Shown piece by piece: positions 1 through 6,184 of a stretch of 24,000 nt of DNA. Position numbers and translations under genes: made by a program. Each line of letters starts with the position of its first letter. Positions within the stretch are counted from its first letter, which is position 1. This stretch comes from Acidimicrobiia bacterium (GTDB lineage Bacteria > Actinomycetota > Acidimicrobiia > Spongiisociales > UBA5794), in assembly GCA_029934555.1 (NCBI GenBank), contig JAOZMA010000001.1, positions 2,259 through 26,258 of the forward strand, read 5' to 3'. The notes below the pieces were generated by a model. The model was given only the letters and a program-made list of their open reading frames with translations. It was not told the origin of the DNA and did not search any database.

Positions 1-483
1 ATCGATGAGGTGCTCGAGATGATGCTTGCGTTCGTCGCATCGACCGATCCTCAGTCTGACGAGGCATTCGCGAAGGCGGGATACCTCACGGAACGGGCGA
101 TCGCTGCGACGAGACTCCTCGAAGAGTCAGAGCGTATCGCCATGGACGCACTGATCGTGGAGGAGACGATCCACGTCGTCGGCCCGATCGAACGGTGGAG
201 ACCGCTCGTCGAGCGGTACTTCTCTCCGGATCGTGTCGAGGAGGCGCTGTCGATCATCGACTGCGAATCGAACGGCGACCCCAACGCCCGCAACCCGCGC
301 AGCAGTGCCGCCGGTCTCTTCCAGTTTCTCGATCGAACGTGGTCCCATTCCTCGGAACAGGCCGGATTCGAAGGGGAGTCGCCGCTCTCGCCGGAGGCCA
401 ATATTGCTGCGGCTGCATGGCTCGTTGAGTACTCGCTCGGTGTTGGTGACTCACCGTGGGCGCACTGGACGTGCCGGCCGTGA
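1..483 (+). CDS. Lytic transglycosylase (SLT-like) domain protein, C-terminal part; 5' end probably outside the window
   Basis: Frame 1 is open from nt 1, with no stop before the listed start at 10. No signal peptide follows that start. The C-terminal half carries the transglycosylase block SIIDCESNGDPNARNP...AAGLFQFLDRTW. Stop at 481-483. Confidence 0.7.
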   Translation: MDEVLEMMLAFVASTDPQSDEAFAKAGYLTERAIAATRLLEESERIAMDALIVEETIHVVGPIERWRPLVERYFSPDRVEEALSIIDCESNGDPNARNPRSSAAGLFQFLDRTWSHSSEQAGFEGESPLSPEANIAAAAWLVEYSLGVGDSPWAHWTCRP

Positions 484-538
484 CGCGTCTTCGAAGCAGG
501 GCGACCCTCGTCGTCACCGATCTCTCGGGTTGGTGTGT

Positions 539-2089
539 CTACAACGGGATGTTGCCGTGTTTCCTCGGCGGGGTTGCTTCCCTCTTGTTACGCAGCATCT
601 CGAGGGCGCGGATCAAGCGGGGCCTCGTCTCGCGTGCCTCGATGACGTCGTCGATGTAGCCACGTGCGGCGGCAACGTACGGGTTGTTGAATCGGTCCTC
701 ATAGTCTTCGATCAGACGGAGGCTCTCGGCTTCGACGTCGTCAGCTTCTCGCAGCTCCCGTCGGTGGATGATGTTCACGGCTCCCTTGGCTCCCATCACC
801 GCGATCTCCGCCGTTGGCCAGGCGAATGCGATGTCGGCCCCGATCGACCGAGCGTTCATGACGAGGAACGCTCCGCCGTAGGCCTTGCGGGTGATCACCG
901 TAACTCGCGGCACGGTCGCCTCTGAGAACGCGTACAGGAGCTTCGCTCCGTGACGGATGATCCCCGCGTGTTCTTGTCCGACGCCGGGAAGGAAACCCGG
1001 CACGTCGACGAGCGTCACGAGCGGGATGTTGAACGCGTCGCAGAAACGAACGAAACGCGCACCCTTGGACGATGCGTCAATGTCGAGTGTTCCTGCGAGG
1101 GCCGCCGGTTGGTTCCCGACGATACCGACCGTGTATCCGTCGAGCCGTGCGAACCCGATGATCAGATTCGGGGCGAAGTGCTCGTGCACCTCGTAGAACT
1201 CGCCATCGTCAGCTATCGACTGGACGACCTCGACCATGTCGTACGGCTGGTTCGGGGAATCCGGGATGATAGTAGTGAGCAGTTCGTCCATCCGATCGGG
1301 ACGATCGAGCGGCGTGAAGAACGGAGCAACCTCCATGTTGTTCTGCGGCAGGAACGACAGCAGATAGCGGATCTCTTCCATTGCCGATCGGTCATCGGGA
1401 ACGACGAAGTGGGTGACGCCCGAGCGAGTCGCGTGAGCGTGGGCCCCTCCCAGCTCTTCCATTGTGACGTCTTCACCCGTCACCGTCTTGATGACCTCGG
1501 GTCCGGTGATGAATAGATGAGCCGTCTCTTCGACCTGGAAGACGAAGTCGGTGATCGCCGGTGAGTAGACGGCGCCACCGGCACACGGTCCCATGATGAC
1601 TGAGATCTGGGGGATCACTCCCGATGCGCGAACGTTCCGTTCGAAGATCCGGCCGTAACCGTGGAGCGCTGCGACGCCCTCCTGGATCCTGGCACCGCCC
1701 GAATCCTTGATCCCGATGATCGGCGCGCCGTTCTCCATCGCGAGGTCCATCACCTTGCAGATCTTGTCGGCGACCGCCGCACCGAGACTCCCGCCGTATG
1801 TGGTGAAGTCCTCCGCGTAGACGAACACCGTCCGCCCATCGACCTTGCCGTATCCGGTAACGACTGCATCGCCGAGCGGCCGGTTCTCTTCGACGCCGAA
1901 GCCGGACGCGTGATGCTTCGCGAACATGTCGAGTTCCTGGAACGTGTCCTTGTCGAGGAGCAGGTCGACGCGTTCCCTGGCGCAGAGCTTCCCAAGGTCG
2001 TGCTGGCGATCGACCGCGCGCTGATTCGTCGGAGCGATGGCGTCCTCGCGCAGGGCTCGTAGCTTCTTGATGCGGTCTTCGGTGCTCAC
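539..2089 (-). CDS. pccB: Acyl-CoA carboxylase carboxyltransferase (beta) subunit, propionyl-CoA carboxylase beta / AccD5 type
   Basis: Track ORF 539..2179. The body is a typical carboxyltransferase (DSGGARIQEGV, MGPCAGGAVYSPA, two CT halves). I place the start at GTG 2089 (V31 of the track ORF), which has GGGAGAG immediately upstream. This start removes the overlap with divergent birA. Substrate specificity cannot be read from sequence. Confidence 0.9.
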   Translation of the reverse strand: MSTEDRIKKLRALREDAIAPTNQRAVDRQHDLGKLCARERVDLLLDKDTFQELDMFAKHHASGFGVEENRPLGDAVVTGYGKVDGRTVFVYAEDFTTYGGSLGAAVADKICKVMDLAMENGAPIIGIKDSGGARIQEGVAALHGYGRIFERNVRASGVIPQISVIMGPCAGGAVYSPAITDFVFQVEETAHLFITGPEVIKTVTGEDVTMEELGGAHAHATRSGVTHFVVPDDRSAMEEIRYLLSFLPQNNMEVAPFFTPLDRPDRMDELLTTIIPDSPNQPYDMVEVVQSIADDGEFYEVHEHFAPNLIIGFARLDGYTVGIVGNQPAALAGTLDIDASSKGARFVRFCDAFNIPLVTLVDVPGFLPGVGQEHAGIIRHGAKLLYAFSEATVPRVTVITRKAYGGAFLVMNARSIGADIAFAWPTAEIAVMGAKGAVNIIHRRELREADDVEAESLRLIEDYEDRFNNPYVAAARGYIDDVIEARETRPRLIRALEMLRNKREATPPRKHGNIPL

Positions 2090-2132
2090 GGCTCTCCCGT
2101 TAGTCTCAGGTTCTGACCATCGAGGTGGATGA

Positions 2133-2846
2133 TTGGCTACACGATACGCAGTTGTCGAACTCGAGTTGGCGGAATCCACACAGGATGAAGCTCGGGAACG
2201 CTACCAACGGTCCGATCCCGTCCTCGTGATCGCGGATCACCAAACGGCTGGGAGAGGCCGTCTCGGACGGGACTGGATCGAACCCGATCGCGCCGTATTC
2301 ACATCTCTGGCCTTCGAACCTGCCTGGCCGATCGAGGCCTGGAGTCTGATCCCGCTGGCGGCGGGTCTGGCTGCGAGGTCGGCCATAGAGAGACTGAGCG
2401 GGATCAACGTGGCCCTGCGCTGGCCCAACGACCTGATGATCGGCGAGGGGAAGATCGGGGGATTGCTCGCCGAGTCCGCCGACGGGGTGGCGATCGTCGG
2501 TTGTGGGATCAATCTGTTGTGGATGGATCCGGTCGCGGAAGCCGGGGCGTTGTATGAGACCGACCCGGATCCGGGGATCGCCCGGGAGCTCGCCGTCGCC
2601 TGGGCCGATCAACTTCTGGACCACATGGCGTGCGGCCCCGATGGTTGGGGCATCGACGGATACCGGGAGGCATGCGTCACGATCGGCCGATCGGTTTCAT
2701 ACCCCGGCGGCTCGGGGACCGCGGTCGCCGTTCTCGACGACGGATCGCTGTCGGTCGAGACGACGGGCGGGATGATCACCGTGCACAGCGGGGAAGTACG
2801 GCTCCACGGCCGGGCTACCCTCCCGACGGATCCGAGGAGGATTTGA
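2133..2846 (+). CDS. birA: Biotin--[acetyl-CoA-carboxylase] ligase, short form without N-terminal DNA-binding domain
   Basis: TTG start at 2133 preceded by GAGGTGGA. Contains the biotin-protein-ligase signature HQTAGRGRLGRDW. Divergent from a biotin-dependent carboxylase gene, as for birA/accD5 in mycobacteria. Confidence 0.8.
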   Translation: MATRYAVVELELAESTQDEARERYQRSDPVLVIADHQTAGRGRLGRDWIEPDRAVFTSLAFEPAWPIEAWSLIPLAAGLAARSAIERLSGINVALRWPNDLMIGEGKIGGLLAESADGVAIVGCGINLLWMDPVAEAGALYETDPDPGIARELAVAWADQLLDHMACGPDGWGIDGYREACVTIGRSVSYPGGSGTAVAVLDDGSLSVETTGGMITVHSGEVRLHGRATLPTDPRRI

Positions 2847-3784
2847 TGGGCATCTCGAAAGCGGTCGTAACCGGCGGAGCCGGCTTCATCGGATCGAACC
2901 TCGTGAACCGGCTTGTCGACGAGGGCACCGAGGTGCTCGTCATCGACGATCTCTCGACCGGGATGCTCTCCCGTCTCTCATCCGCTCGCGCTCTCGGAGG
3001 CGTTCACTTTCATCAGATCGATGTCAGGGCGCCGGAGCTGCGTGATGCGTTCATCGCCTTCGCTCCCGAGGTCGTATTCCATCTCGCCGCCCAGATCGAC
3101 GTGCGTGCGTCGGTTGCCGATCCGGTGACGGATGCATCGATCAACGTGCTCGGCACGATCAATGTGCTGCTCGCCGCCAGGGACGCAGGCGTCGATCGTG
3201 TGGTGTTCTCATCGTCCGGTGGGGCCACGTTCGGTGACACGACGACGATTCCGACACCCGAGACCGTCACCAGGAGACCCGACTCGCCGTACGGCGTCTC
3301 GAAGAAGATCGTCGATGACTACCTGGACTACTTTCGGAGAACCGCCGCCCTCGACTACGTATCCCTCGGGTTCGCAAACGTCTACGGACCGGGTCAGGAC
3401 CCGGCAGGGGAGGCCGGTGTCGTTGCAATTTTCTCCGGCGATCTCCTGTCCGGACGAACATCGACGATCTACGGCGACGGGCTTCAGACTCGTGACTATG
3501 TCTTCGTCGAAGACGTCACCGACGCTTGCTGGCGTGCGGCGCTCCAGGGCGGAGGCCGCTACTTGAACATCGGGACCTCGGTGGAGACCACCGTCGTCGA
3601 CCTGTACGACAAGATGGCCAGGATCGTCGGGTCCTCGGTGCGGCCCAATCACGCTGCACCTCGAGCAGGGGAGCAGCGCCGGTCGGCCCTCGACGCTTCG
3701 GAGGCCAGGGAGACCCTCGGATGGGAGCCGTGGACGAGCCTCGATGACGGTCTCGCCCAGACCATCGACTGGTTCAGAAAGTAG
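2846..3784 (+). CDS. NAD-dependent epimerase/dehydratase (UDP-glucose 4-epimerase-like)
   Basis: Start at internal ATG 2846 (M73 of track ORF 2630..3784), preceded by GAGGAGGA. It overlaps the birA stop by 1 nt (TGATG). Rossmann motif VTGGAGFIGSNL and catalytic YxxxK (SPYGVSKK). The upstream 72 codons are Arg-rich junk lying inside birA. Confidence 0.85.
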   Translation: MGISKAVVTGGAGFIGSNLVNRLVDEGTEVLVIDDLSTGMLSRLSSARALGGVHFHQIDVRAPELRDAFIAFAPEVVFHLAAQIDVRASVADPVTDASINVLGTINVLLAARDAGVDRVVFSSSGGATFGDTTTIPTPETVTRRPDSPYGVSKKIVDDYLDYFRRTAALDYVSLGFANVYGPGQDPAGEAGVVAIFSGDLLSGRTSTIYGDGLQTRDYVFVEDVTDACWRAALQGGGRYLNIGTSVETTVVDLYDKMARIVGSSVRPNHAAPRAGEQRRSALDASEARETLGWEPWTSLDDGLAQTIDWFRK

Positions 3785-3793
3785 GAGCGGAGA

Positions 3794-3849
3794 GCTAACA
3801 GCTCACAGCTCCTAGCCGACAGCTCACAGCTCACAGCCAACAGCCAGGA
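3794..3849. repeat. Tandem heptamer array, 8 units (GCTAACA GCTCACA GCTCCTA GCCGACA GCTCACA GCTCACA GCCAACA GCCAGGA)
   Basis: Read directly from the sequence. It begins 10 nt after the epimerase TAG (3782-3784). In cyclic register the core is ACAGC. Confidence 0.9.
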
Positions 3850-4424
3850 AGGCGTTGGCGTTCGAGGCCCACGAGCAACAATCCTCGCTGTCCGCTGTCC
3901 GCTGTCCGCTGTCCGCTGTCTGCTGTCTGCTGTCTGCTGTCTGCTGTCTGCTGTCTGCTGTCTGCTGTCCGCTCCAAGTCTTCGACCGTCTTCGGCCGGT
4001 CTTCCTTCAACAGCTTCGACAGTGCCCTGTCGGTGAGGATCCTGCCATTCGTCCGGCATCCCGGGCAGCAGTTGGTCTCTCGAACTCCGGGAACGATCCG
4101 CTGGATCGGCACCTCGCACTTCGGACACGGCTGTCCGAACTTGCCGTGCACGGCCATGTCCGGGTGGAACGCGGTGACCTTCGTCGGGAAACCATCACCC
4201 GTCTCGGCTATCCGAATTCCGGTCCATTCTGCGAGCGTGTCACCCGTCGCTTCGAAGAGATGCTCGGCCTCTTCGGCGTGTGCCGCTCGCGACCGAGGCG
4301 TCGATCGGCGGATCATAGGTACGGAGCACCGAGACGCTGCGAACCCGAACCCCGGTCAACATCTCACCAACGACCCGCGTTCGAAGAGCGTGGAGATAGC
4401 CTCGATCTCAGGAAGTCCAGGCAT
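3831..4424 (-). pseudogene. Fpg/Nei-family DNA glycosylase remnant (N-terminal catalytic peptide + in-frame TGA + C-terminal zinc-finger part; central domains missing)
   Basis: The minus frame from ATG 4424 reads MPGLPEIEAISTLFERGSLVRC, resembling the Fpg N-terminus MPELPEVE. An in-frame TGA follows at 4358-4356. After 13 more codons comes the track ORF (4316..3831), which holds the Fpg/Nei zinc finger and tail: [14 protein letters not shown]...[22 protein letters not shown]. About 145 codons run from the ATG to that tail, versus roughly 270 in full-length family members. The ORF then runs on through the heptamer array. Confidence 0.55.
3887..3970. repeat. Tandem heptamer array, 12 units (GCTGTCC x4, GCTGTCT x7, GCTGTCC x1)
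   Basis: Read directly; 84 bp of strict 7-nt periodicity. The core GCTGT is the reverse complement of the ACAGC core of the 3794-3849 array, so the two arrays are quasi-inverted (5 of 7 positions per unit can pair). On the minus strand it is translated as (TADSRQQ)2(TADSGQR)2 at the tail of the Fpg-like ORF. Confidence 0.95.
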
Positions 4425-4439
4425 GCCAAAGTCGCCGGA

Positions 4440-4527
4440 CTCCAGTCGCCAGTCCCCAGTCCGAGATACGCACCGGCCTTCCGCTGCGGGCCCTTTTTCC
4501 CTTGCGTCTGGTGACTGGGGACTGGTG
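4440..4527. repeat. Inverted heptamer arrays (CTCCAGT CGCCAGT CCCCAGT ... TCTGGTG ACTGGGG ACTGGTG) forming a long stem-loop; possible terminator of cofE
   Basis: Left array 4440-4460, right array 4507-4527. A perfect 13-bp stem pairs CCAGTCCCCAGTC (4449-4461) with GACTGGGGACTGG (4513-4525). An inner 5-bp helix pairs ACGCA (4467-4471) with TGCGT (4503-4507). The right array ends 2 nt from the cofE stop (4530-4532, minus strand). No U-tract follows on the minus strand. Confidence 0.7.
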
Positions 4528-4529
4528 TC

Positions 4530-5225
4530 TCATCGGAACATGTCTTCTTCTGGGGGTCTTACTAGATCGGTTGCTCGTCCTTCACCTGTCAGATCGAGGC
4601 CGCGGACGACGGCTGCGGGGATCTGGTCGGACTTGCCCATGACGAGGTCTGCCGCCGCTGCGATCTCATCGACGATCGCGATCTCGGTGACGTTCATCGT
4701 GCGTCCCCGGGCATCCGTCTCACCGCGCAGATCGAGGATCGCCGGGAGCCCTGAGACACCGATAGCGACGTCGACGAGGCCGCGCCGCCACGGGCGGCCG
4801 AAGGTGTCTGTGATCACGACGGCGATCGAGGCGCCCAACGCACGTTCGATACGAAGCCGGATCCGATGCGCCGACCGGTCGGGGTCGACGGGGAGGAGGA
4901 CAGCCCATCCGTCTTCCACATTGGAACGATCGACCCCGGCATTAGCACAGATGAACCCGTGCTCGGTCTGTGCGATGAGAAGATCGCCGCGGCGTCTCAG
5001 AATCGATCGAGCTTCCCGTTCGGCGAGTTCCCGGTAGGCACGATCATCGGCAGCTTGCTCGATCCGGCCTTCGGCCTTGGAGACCACCTTGTGAGTGATG
5101 ACCACGATGTCGCGATCGGTCAGCGTGATCTTCGAGGTCGCGAGGCCGTCGACGATGAGCGCCGCAAGATCGTCGCCGGGGGCAACCTCGGGTATCCCGA
5201 CAATCGGGTGGAGCTCGATGCTCAT
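4530..5225 (-). CDS. cofE: Coenzyme F420-0:L-glutamate ligase (CofE domain only)
   Basis: Motifs THKVVSKAEGR, ICANAGVDRSN, ITDTFGRPWRRG. I prefer ATG 5225 (MSIELHP...), which overlaps the cofD stop as ATGA. The track start at 5246 is the alternative. Confidence 0.85.
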   Translation of the reverse strand: MSIELHPIVGIPEVAPGDDLAALIVDGLATSKITLTDRDIVVITHKVVSKAEGRIEQAADDRAYRELAEREARSILRRRGDLLIAQTEHGFICANAGVDRSNVEDGWAVLLPVDPDRSAHRIRLRIERALGASIAVVITDTFGRPWRRGLVDVAIGVSGLPAILDLRGETDARGRTMNVTEIAIVDEIAAAADLVMGKSDQIPAAVVRGLDLTGEGRATDLVRPPEEDMFR

Positions 5226-6184
5226 GTGAAGGTCTCCTGGAACCACTCGGCGAATCTTCGGGCCCCATCCGGGGAGCCAAGTCGGGTGTCGGTGGCGTGG
5301 ATCATGACGGATGCTGACAGTTTCTCTGCGTCTCTCGCGTCTCCGATGTCGATGACAAGATCGGAGATGAGACCCTCGTACGCTGCGAGTATGCCTGCGT
5401 TCCCTGCAGGGAATCCGAGAGACCTCATCACTCGATCGGCCGGCCCCTTGAGCGCCTTGCCTCCGAAGAGGGGGCTGATCGCTACGACGCGTTCCTTCTC
5501 GACGACGGCCTGTCGAATCTCAGGGACGGCGATGATCGGTCCGATCGATAGAGGCGGATTCGACGGGGCGATCACGACGAGATCCGCGGCAGCGATGGCC
5601 TCGAGAACTCCGGCGGCGGGCTTGGCGTGTTCGGCACCGGCGTACTCGACTTCGACGACATGGTCACGGTGTCCGCGCTCGACGAAGTACTCCTGAAACG
5701 GGAGCCATGTTCCGTCCGAGATCCGAACCCTGGTGCGGAGCCGATCATCGGTCGCAGGCAAGATCCGTGTTCCAACGCCGAGCGCAGACCGAATCCGCTC
5801 GATGACCTCCGAGAGTTTGTGCCCAGACTGCAGCATCCGCGTTCGCAGCAGGCAGGTCGCCAGGTCACGATCACCGAGCCGGAAGGTGGTATCGGCACCG
5901 AGCCTCTCGAGTTGATCCATCACGGAGAACGAGTCCTCGCCGATGCCCCAGCCGTGTGGCCCCTCGATACCGGCAAGCGTGTAGAGAACGGTGTCGAGGT
6001 CGGCGGACACATGGACACCGTGGACCAGTTCATCATCGCCCACGTTGCCGACAACGACGAGGTGGTCGTCGGCAAACACGTGTGTGAGGGACCTGGCACC
6101 GCGTGCTCCGCCGACTCCGCCGGTCAACACAACGGCGAAAGGATTGGAATATGTCGTCTTAGGTCCTTGAATGGTCTCGTTCAT
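5222..6184 (-). CDS. cofD: 2-phospho-L-lactate transferase (LPPG:FO transferase)
   Basis: Start at ATG 6184 (M135 of track ORF 5222..6586), preceded by GGAGA. The N-terminus VVLTGGVGGARG is typical of CofD. The upstream 134 codons are Ser/Arg/Thr-rich and lie antisense to the glycosyltransferase gene. Confidence 0.85.
   Translation of the reverse strand: MNETIQGPKTTYSNPFAVVLTGGVGGARGARSLTHVFADDHLVVVGNVGDDELVHGVHVSADLDTVLYTLAGIEGPHGWGIGEDSFSVMDQLERLGADTTFRLGDRDLATCLLRTRMLQSGHKLSEVIERIRSALGVGTRILPATDDRLRTRVRISDGTWLPFQEYFVERGHRDHVVEVEYAGAEHAKPAAGVLEAIAAADLVVIAPSNPPLSIGPIIAVPEIRQAVVEKERVVAISPLFGGKALKGPADRVMRSLGFPAGNAGILAAYEGLISDLVIDIGDARDAEKLSASVMIHATDTRLGSPDGARRFAEWFQETFT

Noticed and set aside
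484-538. Possible bidirectional terminator between the convergent transglycosylase and pccB genes (also considered for 14003-14020)
   Set aside because: By eye I found only 4-5-bp helices (for example AGGG-CGA-CCCT). That is too weak to call without a folding calculation.
2630-2845. 5' extensions of track ORFs: 2630-2845 (epimerase), 2090-2179 (pccB), 6185-6586 (cofD), 8837-8971 (DUF5719-like), 14721-14795 (manB), 16000/16010-16308 (isomerase and Trm112-like), 21089-21133 (secA)
   Set aside because: In each case an internal start has a ribosome-binding site and/or a 1-4-nt overlap with the upstream stop, and gives the canonical family N-terminus. The extensions are Arg-rich and overlap neighbouring genes.
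3887-3970. Possible CRISPR array (also considered for 20592-20631)
   Set aside because: The units are 7-8 nt and directly abutting with no spacers. No cas genes are present. These are simple tandem repeats, not CRISPR.
4356-4358. In-frame TGA of the Fpg-like gene as a selenocysteine or read-through codon
   Set aside because: Fpg/Nei enzymes are not known selenoproteins. The codon does not fall at a catalytic position, about 120 codons of the core are missing anyway, and I saw no SECIS-like hairpin immediately downstream.
4033-5696. Plus-strand ORFs 4033..5037 (334 aa) and 4866..5696 (276 aa)
   Set aside because: They are antisense to cofE, cofD and the Fpg-like remnant. Their translations are Ser/Arg/Pro-rich junk, while the minus-strand genes have clear family motifs.
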